The notes: generated by a model not told the origin, from the letters alone. Shown: positions 12,152-24,850, counted from the first letter of the whole stretch. The stretch: DNA of 60,115 nucleotides, filler included, from Dugesia japonica (GCA_001938525.1; 6 parts of 6 records of this genome joined end to end with filler, not necessarily neighbours in it), one strand, 5' to 3'. Program-made: numbers and translations.

Positions 12152-12940
12152 CACGTGAGGACAATCCACCTGCCCCTGGTAGTTTATCCTCCGGATAAAC
12201 AATTTCACCAGTTTCTGGCAGTTTATACCCTTGATAAACTTTTACTGTCCATTAATAATTAATTTATCTTGCTTTACCTATACATTGGAACAATTCCGCC
12301 CGTTCCTGGCAATTTATCGCTCAAAGACAATTTTTCCCAATTGACGATTACTTCAATTCGACTCCTTTGCTCACGTTGGGACAATCCCACCTGTCCCTGG
12401 TAATTTATCCTCCGGATAAACTTTTAATGTCAATTAACACTTCTTTTGTTTCAACTCCTTTTCCACATGGAAACATTTTCGCCTGTTCCTGGCAGTTTAT
12501 ACCCCTGATAAACTTTTAATATCCCTTTACATTTGCTGCATCCTAACTTCATTTTCACGTGGGAACACTTTCGCCGGTCCCTATCAGTTTATACCCTTGA
12601 TAAACTTTCACTGCTAATCAATGATTAAACTATCTCCACTTTAAATTGTCCCTTTGTAGAACTATTTACTCAATTTCGTCACGGTTCATTTTTTTTAAAA
12701 TTATTTCAATTACCAATTTGTTAGCTATACCTTTCCTTTCACCACTTTACATTAGTACCTCTCAACATATACAATGGAACTCTTGTGCCAATTCCTGGTA
12801 AATTTCCTTGCGAAATTTGATAAGTTCAAAGCTCTCCCATAATAAATATCAATAAACTTCTCCTCAACTTATTCATTTTAACTATACACTCGGATAGTTT
12901 TCATTACTTCTCCAAATTTAACTATACACTTGGATAGTTT
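12152..12940 (-). repeat. Degenerate ~92-bp tandem array, each unit with a short stem-loop
   Basis: Units start near 12152, 12206, 12281, 12372, 12464 and 12556 (CACGTGGGAACA..CCTGG(C/T)AGTTTAT-N5-7-ATAAACT). Related hairpins at 12800-12818, 12880-12899 and 12920-12939. Confidence 0.8.
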
Positions 12941-15900
12941 TATCACTTTCGACCAGGTCTTCCTTAGTTCTCTTTTCGGTGGCCAACCGACAAAGTATCC
13001 GGAACGAATTACTGGTAATTAACTCGCTACTCCAATATTTGCTTCAATATATCTCATTTAATTCCATTATCCTCTTTCATTCAAATAAATTTAAATCTTT
13101 TTCGTACTAGTTTCTTTGCTTTGAACACTCTCTCTAGGTAGACGGTAGTCTATTATTTCAGCTCCAGCTGGGCGACAATTTCGATCCTCAATTTACACTA
13201 ATACTTCAATATCTCCATGCTTGAGTCAGTTGACAGTCTATTTCAATTCAGCTTCAACCGCTTGCTAATGTGAAGGCTCTCAGTCAGAATCCCATGATCC
13301 AGCTGATGTGTAACTACGACGCTATCCACGATCGCATTACCAAATTAATTTTCTAAAAATAAACAACACTACTGATGCCACACTTGGGGCTAACTATTGT
13401 ACCATCTTGTCAACACTGAGTCCTCCGATCGCAAGACACCACGGACAATTTGCGACCTTGTCCTACTGGGATGTTTCACCCTAAATCTAAAACTCTGTAG
13501 AGCTACGGGCAGTTAGATGTAGGAGTGAGTGTCAAGGCGCACTCACGCCAACCGAACGCCATAAGTGGTCAGCTTAATAGATGCTATGCTCATTGCCGGC
13601 TCCTACGTTGATTCCCCTGGAATTCGTGAGTTTATCTCGCTTGGACTAAACTCCATTCTCCCGGCGTGGAAGTCAGACAAAGTATCCAACTTCAGAGATC
13701 GGTACTCCTTATTCGAAGCGTTGAAGCTCGAAGTCCGTCCAAGCATATCCACGGAAGATCTTTCACTCCAATATCCACTTCAAAGATTCCTGTCCCTAGG
13801 TCAATAACAATTTCAATCATTTCAGTCATTAGACGATTATTGCAGCTGTCCCCTCAAAGTTGATCAGGTTTTTAGTTCGAGCTTACTAATCGCGGGCCCT
13901 ATTTTCCAAAATGACATCCATCATTATGACGTCTTTTCCTCGGGTGCTTTCACATATCTATGGTTACGCTCGAAATTGTCTCTCTCCAAATCACCAGCAT
14001 AAAATTCTCCAACAACACGTAAATCTAAATTCCAAATAGTTATCTCATATGAAACCCTCAAATAAATCACAATTAATATCAGTTCACTCTCGAACATTTA
14101 ATTTCCAATAATAGTCCACTACTCGATTATTGTTTCATATGACTCCGTAACCATAGAACCCCACTGTTACACCTCGTCCTCATTTCCGTTCATTTGTCGA
14201 TCGAATTCTTGGTTACCACTCACTTGGGTGGTCTCCCTGTCTTGAATGTCCGATACCCATCCTGCACACTTGATAAGGTATAGCAATTTCTTCCCCAAAT
14301 AAATTTCATTGATTAACCACATTAAAATATTTCAAATCCTTAGTCGCCTCCTCTTCTCCGCAAATTCCATTAGTTTATCGTCAATCAAAATCACCCTCTC
14401 ATCATTTTTTAATCTCATTACTTTCAGTTTCTATTACTCCATTAGCGGTACCATGTCATTACTACTCAAAGTATTCATTATTCATCAAAAACATTTTGCA
14501 TCTCGTCACCACTCTATTCCACCAAATTCAATCGTCATAACATTAATTACCATTGTCACTTATTATTCATCTTCAATTTATGCTTCGATTATTAGCTCAT
14601 CTCGTTTACCTAAATATTAATATTCATTCTAATTCATTACCACCTCCCGACAGGATACGTCTCGATACATTAATTTACTCCCAATATTCATTGTTTCACT
14701 TTCTCGATGGAGGCTTTAATCTCAATAATTCTTACTCTGCTTTAATATCCTTCCTTTGATTTATAGTCGTTATCGCTTCTACTTTATTAGTCATCTCTTC
14801 ACTAATTTATAATTTATTACTCGCTTCGTTGACTCTTATTTATTCATTCATTGCTGCATATCACTTTCAATTACACTTCTGTTACTATATTATTACTGTC
14901 ATGTGCGTCAATTTAATTTTCTTCGTTTTGGTTCTCATTTCTTGATGATAACGCGATATATATTTCATGATCAGCTGCACTAGCTCGAAATTGATGCTTT
15001 ACGCAATCTACTTGCTCTAATCATTATTTATTTATCGATTTATTCAATACATGATGCTAGAATTGAGGCGATCCGAATGAGAAGAGTTGCGAGATTCTCC
15101 TTCTAACCTCACCACTCTGCGCATTCGAAATCACTCCATCTTTAATAATCATTTATTTATTGTAACATTTACTCGCTCAATTGAAGCTCCATAACTTTTA
15201 ATCCGGAGATGCAGTGCGTGCGAGTCTGGATCTCTCTCCCACACACACTTCATTCCCAAATCACTTGATATACTAATATTTCTACATATTCATTTTATCA
15301 GTTAATTAGCCGATGTTCAATAAGGGTCGATCACCATACCTGGTGAGCGGTAGCTCTCATGACGCACTTTCTCGTACCAGCGATTTGGCTCACACTATCT
15401 TATACTCATTATTTACCATGGTAATTTTATTTACTTATCATTATTACGTCTCTACACAGTTATTTCGATTCTCGGTCCGAACAAGGTGAGCAGTCCTATG
15501 ATACCTCTGCATCTCATACAATCCTCATCATGGTGGTGCATATATCATGTTATATCCCTATTCTCGGCGTGCAATTATCAGATTGTTTTCAATTATTCTC
15601 CTCATCGGTTATTTGAATGCGTGCAATGTTCCTAAATCTCTGAATGTCTGTATCACTCATATTAGGTACTATACTACTCCATACCTCTGCTGTACTTTAA
15701 TTTTACTTTAATGATTATTATTTACCACTGGATTTTAAACTATCTAATTAAAAAATAAAAATAAAATTTTGAAATATTTTCAATATTTACTTTGTTTTAA
15801 TACTTTAAATTATAACATCTAGACACAGGTTAATTTCAAATTATTTATAAATTAATACAATACAATAATAATATAATCCTAATAATAAGCAATTAAAGAT

Positions 15901-16680
15901 AAAATAACGCAACTCTCTCCATGCTACGTTAATTAAATTCTTACACTAATATTAAACAAATTATTACCAAATTATTACAAAAATACAGCTTTAATCAAGT
16001 GATTTATTACACTTTACGAAAAGAAATTTACTAAAATCATTTACTGAAATCCGTTAATTAATTTATTTACTGCAGTTCCCTTACAAAAACTTGCTATACG
16101 AACAATAATAATAATCATAAAATAACTATTATTTATACTGCGCAAGTAAAAAGTACATTAATAAAATATTAATGCGCAAAAGTTAGAACATTATTAATTA
16201 ATGCACAAAATTAAATAAAACCTTACATGATCCGAGTGCCCCTTTTCGCATATATTTTCGAATAATTCATAAATTTAATCGATAGAATATTCATATTAAG
16301 CCAAGCCAATGATCGTACTCCCGAAACAATTTAAATTATAACTTATCACCTGAAATTTTCAATATTTATCAAATTCTGCTATATTTTTATCGGTTCTCAA
16401 AATTTCACTTTTCAATTAATCATTTATTTTCGTTGACCGGATTTAACACTGGCATTATTTTATCAATATCATAATCCGATCTCATACCAATTTAATGAAA
16501 AATTTCTACTTCTTACCCTTCTTGATCCATCAATCAACTTCTTGCTATCAGATCATAATGGTTTATACACGACAATTTTGTGCTCAAATCTCGTCTCATT
16601 AGTGTATNCTATATTCATTTGATAATTACTATCTATTTTATACAATTGAAACAGTTTTATTTTGAAATTTTGTTGAGACG

Positions 16681-16697
16681 ATCCCGGCTGAGCCCCA
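16681..16697 (-). promoter_or_regulatory. Primer-binding site, tRNA-Pro type
   Basis: Minus strand TGGGGCTCAGCCGGGAT is close to the canonical tRNA-Pro PBS TGGGGGCTCGTCCGGGAT, on the same strand as and upstream of gag. Confidence 0.75.
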
Positions 16698-17039
16698 AAA
16701 CACTTATTGAGTTTTTAGGATTTGGTATTCAAACTGCTAGCTTTAAATTCACCGCTCCCGTTTCCAATAATTTTATTGTATGTACCTGTCTAGGGACATA
16801 TCTAAAAACCACAAGCGTTTATGTCACTTCTGTGACATGCCCCTTTCTTTCCACGGGTTCAGCGCGACTTTGCGGTATCGCGTCTTACTCAAAACAAAAA
16901 GAAAACTGTGAACCCAGTCTATACTAATCTAACAAGCTCAGTAAAATAAATCTAGTTGATGCAAATAAGTAAGTAGTACTGTAATACATAAATCATTCAA
17001 ACCAACACTCACTAATATTTATTTTATAGTATACACCAT

Positions 17040-17360
17040 TTATTCGGCATCCAAATCGATCGTCGACTCCGTAATTGTGCTTGTTTCCTCTGGGGATAGG
17101 TAATTGAGCCATAATGTCCGCAGTGAAACGAACATGGAACCTTCTCGATCCGCATAAGTTTTAATTATATCGGCCATTAATCGATTGGCATGCTGAAGTG
17201 ACAGTTCCTTCTTCTTGATTTGATTATATTTGGAGGTCGATTTCAAGACCTGCCCCTTCAACCTCAAGATTTCATTTTTTAACTCTCGACGCTCCTCTTT
17301 CCATCTCTGTGGAGCGGCTTCCTCTCCTCTCGACAGCTTGGTATCTTTCGATTTATTCAC
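17040..17360 (-). CDS. LTR-encoded coiled-coil protein (gene C homolog), 106 aa
   Basis: Ungapped alignment to ORFs 42767..43057 and 47283..47531 (RW, RxK, SK, E, IIxxYxDRE conserved). Begins TTATTAG|TG; AATAAA overlaps the stop. Confidence 0.7.
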   Translation of the reverse strand: MNKSKDTKLSRGEEAAPQRWKEERRELKNEILRLKGQVLKSTSKYNQIKKKELSLQHANRLMADIIKTYADREGSMFVSLRTLWLNYLSPEETSTITESTIDLDAE

Positions 17361-17616
17361 TAATAAATATCAAAATTTAACATCTGCAACACTAATACGA
17401 ATATAATAAAGTGTAAATGAACTAAAGCAATACTCAAGTAAAGGAATCCAAACTTAATTAACGTTCACCGATGGTCATAAGAATACAAGAAAAATAACTC
17501 GATGTTTGGCTTACAAAAAGAATTTAGATCTGACACTATACATTTCTATCTACTACTGCCTCTGCAGATTTCACAAATTATAACCGTTGAGTGACATACA
17601 TATCACTTGGATCTCT

Positions 17617-18105
17617 TTAATAAAAAAAATATGAAAAAAAACAAGACCAAAAGCCCGTAATACCCAACATGTATTGATCCTTGGTCGCAAAGGACTCCAC
17701 TTTTACGATTACTAACTGCTGGACATCGCTCGACTCCTGGGAGCTTTCAGATGATAGTGCCAAAACCTGATCTTCGAGTTGACCCAATAATAAATTATGT
17801 TCTATCTGCTGCCGGATCAAGTTCTCCGTACTTTCCTTAATGGCCTGTCTTCACTGCCAGAGTCTATCATTTTCCTGTCGATATAACTGTAGTTTCGACT
17901 GGGTATCCATGAGCTGCTGTTTCATGCTTCGGAATTTAGTGACCAAATGACCTCCCTTATGTAGTAACTCCTTTTTTTCTTTTTCATTATTAGCTTTCTG
18001 TTCATCCAACAATTCAACGGTGTTCCTCCAGGGGATCCAAAACGTACCTTCATCCATGTCATTGGATAACACCAAGGGAATATGTGCATTGAAGTAAGTT
18101 GTCAT
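17617..18105 (-). pseudogene. LTR-encoded coiled-coil ORF (gene E) with one internal stop
   Basis: ORFs 17851..18105 and 17617..17820 share a frame and are separated by one TGA. The ATG is 3 nt after a TTTTTCTTATAG acceptor. Confidence 0.55.
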
Positions 18106-21100
18106 TGTCTATAAGAAAAATATTAACAATTATTTGAATTTCCGTCATTTATTTTAAACATATTCTTAAGTAACGAATTGAAAATAAGCTGCAATTAAAA
18201 CATCAACGTATCTTTGGCCTGCGGCCTATAGTCTCTGGTTCCACCGCCTCTATAGTACGAACCAGAGAAGATGTCCACCAAAGCAGCCATCTTTCCTAGT
18301 TCCCACTAATTCGAAGCTTTAACAAGAACTCCTTATCAGTCAGTTTCCTAAGAAATGCAAAATACAGGCAAATTGTAATTCCATAATTCTCGATATCTTT
18401 AATTTCTTTTAACGATCCGGGAGTACGAGTTGGCTGGCCGACGGGCACTCGAATTTAGGGATAGATTATACAAGATTTACCATATTAATATTAATGAAAT
18501 AAATATATTTTACTTTTAATTGTTCGGCTTCTTTTTAACTGGCAAAATTATCTTGCAAAACTTGATATATAATAGTAGCAATTATAACTTTTTCACAAAA
18601 TTTGATATATAATAGTAACGAATTCTAATTGAAAAATTTTTAATCACAAAATTATATGGTAATTTTTCTGACCAATTTTTCAGTGCAAACGAGTTTTATT
18701 TCTCGTTTGCACCCCAACTTGGAATTGGTTATTTGCTTACCAATNGTAGTCGTTTTTCGTCTAATCCGGATTTCTGATTGGTTGTTGTGTTGTTGTGCAT
18801 CTTTTCATTTTCATCTCAGTGAGAGATTGTGCACACAAACTTTATTTACTTCAAAATTATTCAGCAGGTCACCTCATATGACCTCTGAATAATCGGATGT
18901 TAATGTTACTAAGTCCTGGTTTAGCGCGAAATGATTCAGCTAATCTGTTGATGATTTTTCTTCAGCTAAACAAGGCATGATGACTGGACCAGACTTAATT
19001 AAATATAATATTATAATATTAAACGCTATACAGCGTTATTATAATAATGAAATTGGGTCGCAGAGACCTCTTTAATAACTTATTATANNNNNNNNNNNNN
19101 NNNNNNNNNNNNNNNNNNNNNNNNNNNNNNNTTAATTAATTAANNNNNNNNNNNNNNNNNNNNNNNNNNNNNNNNNNNNNNNNNNNNAAAAATGTCAATT
19201 TTAATACGTTCTTTAATTAATTTGTCAGATTTTTGAATTAAATGCAAAAACATGTTTAGGAAAATTAAAAAAATATTTAACTCTTTTAATGAATGCAATG
19301 CAAATTATATTTATTTTTTGATCAATTTACCGCTTACATCAGTTCAAATTCTCTAATGTCATTACTGTAGAATTTCATGATGTACTGATATTTAGAAAAC
19401 ATTATACCATTGAATTATTTTCATTTACATTTTTTATAATTCTATTTATNNNNNNNNNNNNNNNNNNNNNNNNNNNNNNNNNNNNNNNNNNNNNNNNNNN
19501 NNNNNNGTTCCTATAATAAAAAATATATCAATTTTATTAAATAACTATAATAATTTTTAACTGAAAATTACTTCACTTTTATTCATAATCTATTTTCACA
19601 TCATATTTATTACCACGCTTTTGTTTAAATGTGTCACATTTATTGATTTTATTAAAATTGATATTATACTACCTTTTTTACGTTTCATATTGATTTGTAA
19701 TATAATAATCTAATGAATATAAGTAAGAATTTCATAATTGCAAAAGATTTGTTTTAAATTATAAAAAATTAAAAATATTTTCAAAAAATACGAAAATAAA
19801 CTGAGGCTTAAATCAAAAAACAAGGTTTCAAAAAAATGTTTTTTTTTAAAATTTTTATTAAAGCTACAAAAACTTTTTCAAATAAACTTTATTGTTATAA
19901 ACGATTATTGTTACTTGATTTGAATTGTGTTAGATGAGTCTACAATGCTCACTGTGGAATTTNNNNNNNNNNNNNNNNNNNNNNNNNNNNNNNNNNNNNN
20001 NNNNNNNNNNNNNNNNNNNNNNNNNNNNNNNNNNNNNNNNNNNNNNNNNNNAATTTGAGATCCAGCTTTAATCTTAAAAGTTTTTTTTTATTATTTATTA
20101 ATTTCAAACTTTATCTTATTTTACTTAATTTATTTGAAAATAATTTCATATTTTTAAAATTAAATTTCGTTTTAATATATAAAATTCAAATCTCAAAAAA
20201 TTTGACTGTTCAATAATTATTTTCTTACAGTTTGTATCGTGTGTAAAACTTCATATATTGTTGGAACTTAATCAATTAAACGAACATGAGATGTGGAGTT
20301 ACAGATTTCAATAAATTTGTATTTGTTCTATAATAATCCAGCATTTCATTTATGATAAATTCGATATAAAAAAAACATCAATTCAGAAATAACTGCATTT
20401 ATTAATTTTTATTTCAATGTTTTTTTCAAATAACAATAAATTTATTAATAATTATAATTAAATTATAAATTCAAACTAAATTTTTATATTTTGTATCAAA
20501 TAATTTTTCGTTAAAATATGAAATATTGCTTATTAAATTAAAACAATACACATTGTTAGTTTTAAACATTAAAATATTTGCTAGACTTTCCGTGGCGACT
20601 TTTCCATTAACGAGCATTTAGTTTTTATAGTGACAATCTCGTATAGAAGAATCAATAAATAATATTTAATTTAATAATAACAATTTGAATGAAAACAATA
20701 TAATTATAAATTAAAATAATTATGATTATAATCTATTTTTTCTAAGCTTTATCTTGCTCTCCAAAAATATATAAAAGTTCCTTTAGTCATAAAAAGGATT
20801 AATCTTAGTTCAAAATTTCAAAAAGTGCAAGTATGCAATCACAGCAAGCACACAATAAAAACAAATAATGAAATATATTTTTCAAACATTTAAATTTTAT
20901 TTTAATTATTTATTATTTAGTTTTTGTTTGACAATAACAATTATTGCGAGAATAATTGTTTGGCGTAACCATTGATCGTTTTTTTTGGACGAAGACAAAG
21001 TCAAAAATCAGAATTATCAAAAAAAAAATTTTATTCGAAGTTTTTATTTTTTACTTAATTATTTATCATTTATTTGTTGTAAATTTCATTTTTTTAAAAT

Positions 21101-21644
21101 TTAAATTATATGGTGATTTTCAATTTTTTTTTGGCGTAAATTTGATTTTATGAAAATATTCCAGTCAATAATAATAAAACTGAAAGTGATTTATAAAACT
21201 GAAACAGTAAACAAATATCAATTTATTTATCAACTGGGTCGATTAAAGCAAAAATAAATTTTGAATTTAAGAATACTCTTATAAAAATTAAGGCTTTTTA
21301 TTTTATAAATAAAACTTAATCTAAGAGAATATAAAAAATATTTTTTTCAAAAATAAAATAAATTTAACAGTTATTATTACAGTTTAAGTATTACTTTGAG
21401 AAATGTGTTTAAAAATCAAATTTGGTAGAATCGAAGGTTAGATATACGTATAATGTTTCGTTTGTGTAACTGGATATCCAGGAACCAATGAAAATCAACC
21501 TAGAGATTTGATAAATGTGATGTNNNNNNNNNNNNNNNNNNNNNNNNNNNNNNNNNNNNNNNNNNNNNNNNNNNNNNNNNNNNNNNNNNNNNNNNTTTTA
21601 TTAACTTTCATTTAATATTTTTCTTATTTACTTAAATTTAATAG

Positions 21645-21734
21645 GTGAAAGGTAATATACGAATTCAAATCAATTCATTAATTCCTCAAATTCCTTTTTT
21701 TGGAGCAATCAGTTTCACTTTACTTCAGAATCCG
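21645..21734 (+). CDS. Internal exon of an extended-synaptotagmin-like (SMP domain) gene
   Basis: AG|..|GTAATT, 90 nt, phase 0, encoding VKGNIRIQINSLIPQIPFFGAISFTLLQNP. This matches the E-Syt SMP segment of type xHGxxRVxLxPLIxxxPxVGAxSxFFxxxP. Other exons were not confidently located. Confidence 0.7.
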
Positions 21735-22084
21735 GTAATTATACTAATTATTTATATACATAAATATTGGAAATATTATCATCAACTTATAAAAAAATTT
21801 CATCCATAAATTAAAATTTTTATTCGTAATTTTATTATATCAGTAACTTTGGTAAAAGTCAGAAATNNNNNATCGTTTAAAGACAATAAATTCTCATCTG
21901 GAATTAATACAATAAAATTAGAAAAACCATTATTGTTTAAAATGAATTATAAATTCTATTTATAGAATTCACTGCTTTTATAATGTAAATGAATTAATAT
22001 TACAACACTATAATAAACATCAGATAAGCAAGTCATATGTTAATGAAATGGTTTACGAATTTATGCTAATTGAATAAATTCTCT

Positions 22085-22360
22085 CTTATAAAGAAAAAAT
22101 TCATAAAATTCAACCTCGCATTAAGATCACCAAAATAATTAGGAATAATATCAAGTATTTCTTGTAAAGATTTTGGGCGATATCTACTTTTATTACCTGA
22201 TTTTATTTCTCTATCGGATTTAATGTGGAAGAATATGTATGAAGGAATTGAAAATCAATTGCATTTTTGTAAAACTTCTCTAATCTTGTATAGATAATGT
22301 GAGCAGTGTTGAAAAGCAAGTTGAAATTTTTGTGTGATTGGTGATCTTATTTTTAAAATA
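22085..22360 (-). mobile_element. Tc1/IS630-type DDE transposase fragment
   Basis: Minus strand FLHTYSSTLNPIEK resembles the LPxYSPxLNPIE motif; heavily decayed. Confidence 0.45.
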
Positions 22361-22944
22361 TTTGGTTTAAGGATAAATTAAAATTATTGAATATAAGTTT
22401 AACTTTTTAAATAAATAAAATTTTAAAGTAGTAATAATTTTATCGTAAATTTTTAAAGGACTATTAAGAAAATAAATAAAATGTTTTAAAATGGATCGAA
22501 TTAATTTTAATAAATAAAATTTTAATAGTTAAAATGTTGTCGCAAATTTTTAAAAATTAATCNNNNNNNNNNNNNNNNNNNNNNNNNNNNNNNNNNNNNN
22601 NNNNNNNNNNNNNNNAGATCACCAATTAAAAACACGGAATTTTATTTTGTTTGTTTAACGAATAATGTTGGTTAAAGTTTTGATTTTAAAAAAGTATTTC
22701 TTATGAATTCTAATTTTCATATTGATAATACGACGAGTGTTCCAAATCCAACTAACAGATAGATACTTAGAAAAATTGCTAAGCTTTTTTTCTATTGCGC
22801 ACGCATTCTTTCAATAATGACAAGTTGAATTTCTTTCATTACCACTCTTTGTTTTCTCACAGCCACATGATGAGTTTTAATATCAAATGTAACGCGGGAA
22901 ATTTGGCGCACTTATTGTACCATATAAAGTCTTTAATACGTTAT

Positions 22945-22971
<27 letters not shown>

Positions 22972-22975
<4 letters not shown>

Positions 22976-24250
22976 TGTAACGAATGTTCTGTTTGTTTAT
23001 TTGAAGTACAATTGTAAGATATAATAACTATTATTTATTTGGATTAATCTATAATAAATCTATGACATATCACTAAGTAATATCTCTTCTTTCATGCTAT
23101 GCAATAATTATCTTAATAAATCACTTTTGTATAGATCAAAATGTACCCTCCAAATGAAAGGCTAATACGGTATATTTTACTGTATGGATTTTAGCAGAAG
23201 ATGCTGCAAGTTTAGCAGCAAAATAATTAAAAAACACTTATGGAAATAAAGTGATAAATGAAAGTACATGCAGATAGTTTTCCAGTTTCGTAAATGGTGA
23301 TATCAATCTAAAGGAAAAATCACGAAAAAGCCGCCACAATGGTCTCAATTCTGAGAAATAGCAAACTGGGTTGAGGAAAATTTAACTACTTCATCTAAGG
23401 AATTCAAACAAAGAGTTCAATGTAAGCCATATGACCGCCTATCGTGAAATTAAAATGGTTTGATAAAGTCTCCAAGGCTGGAAGGTGGGTTCCACGTGAT
23501 CTTTCAAAAAACAATCGTAAACAACGTGTAGACTATTGTGTCGCATTGCATTATCGTCAACTTCAAATAACATTTTTAGACAGAATCATTACTGAAGACG
23601 AGAAANGGATCCTCTATAATAATGTTAAGCGTAAAAGACAGTTATTCAAGCCCCGAGGTGATCTGCATTTAAAGAAGATTCTTCTAAGTGTATGGTGGGA
23701 TTGGAATTTTTCATTATGAAATGTTACCTGAAAATCAATTAGTGACGGCTGAAGTATACTGTCAACAGCTAAGACTCTTAAAAACAATTTTACAATATAA
23801 ACGGCCTTCACTGATAAGCAGAAAAGAGGTGATCCTGCATCATGAGAATTCCAAATCCCACAGTGCAAGAGTGACTAAGAAGGTCATGGTGGGAAGAAGA
23901 ATAGCTCTTAATTTAATAAATAGCTCATAGAAGAATTTGACTNGGGAACTATGCTTCACCCACGATTCGATCTTTCATTAAAAGATTACCATCTGTTTAG
24001 AAGCTTATATAATAATTTTTCAGGACTTAGGCTAACTTCATGAGAAGATGTTGGAATTAAGCTAGATTCTTTTTTCAAGGAAATCCAAATGAATTTTGTA
24101 ACAAAGGCATCAAAACGCTGATGGGAAGATGGAAAGATGTCATTGTAAAGAAGGGNTGACTATTTTGATGATTAAATAAATATATTTTTTGGCTACGTTT
24201 TTATTTTTATTTCAATCGGAAAAACGGACAGAACCTTCATTACAACTTGA
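22972..24250 (+). mobile_element. Mariner transposon, full-length (~1.28 kb), decayed, adjacent to a (TA)n tract
   Basis: TIRs TGTAACGAATGTTCTGTTTGTTT and revcomp TGTAATGAAGGTTCTGTCCGTTT. Motifs WVPRDL, RIITEDEKxILYNN, ILLSVWWD, ILHHENSKSH and DYHLFRSL. Confidence 0.92.
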
Positions 24251-24850
24251 TATATAATTGTTTTTATTGCTTTTATATAATAGAATATTTCATTTTTAAC
24301 TAATGTTTTATTTATTCTTTCTTCTTTAATTTTACTATTTATGAAATTTAACTCTCAAAACAATAGTGAAATTACGAGTAAATTTAATGTTATAACAAAA
24401 CTCCATTTCTTATTATCACATTTTCCCTTTATTTAAAAATTATAAATTCCATTTACTGTCTTTTATAATACTGTATTTTACAATACTGCCTTATAAAATG
24501 GGTTTCGTGTAAATATGTTAATTCACCTGTCATAATTATGCCAATTATTTTCGAAAATTATTTTTAATAGTCAAAAACTCAATTAAAAGAAGTTTTTTGG
24601 TTTGAAATATTTGAAAACAAAAATTTATAATTCCTATTCAAAATTTGTTTATATTTATTTTTTATTAATTGACTAAATTTTAATTAAACTCGTTTTTAAC
24701 AATAAATAGTTTGTTGAAATAAAAAATTATTTGTTATTAAAAAAGAGTTTATTTATTGACAGATCAATGGTTTTTTAAAAAATAATTTTTTAAGTTTTTA
24801 ACAAAATTTAAAAAATAGATTTATAAATTTTAATTACTCAATTCCTTTAA

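Larger units (their letters stand above)
8868..19087 (-). mobile_element. 5' part of a giant Ty3/Gypsy LTR retroelement (LTR, PBS, ~5.2 kb leader, gag and extension); Burro-like
   Basis: Order on the minus strand: LTR with small ORFs, tRNA-Pro PBS (16681-16697), long leader, Gag CA+NC, then further ORF segments running into the linker. Confidence 0.75.

Noticed and set aside
12152-12610. CRISPR-like repeat-spacer array
   Set aside because: The context is eukaryotic with no cas genes; the repeats are degenerate and the spacers resemble each other.
13565-14759. ORFs in the retroelement leader (Ogre-like extra ORF)
   Set aside because: They are short, on the antisense strand and show no motifs; the minus strand is full of stops.
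16229-16245. Alternative tRNA-Cys-like PBS (GATCCGAGTGCCCC)
   Set aside because: It lacks the terminal CCA/TGG; the tRNA-Pro site at 16681 fits better.
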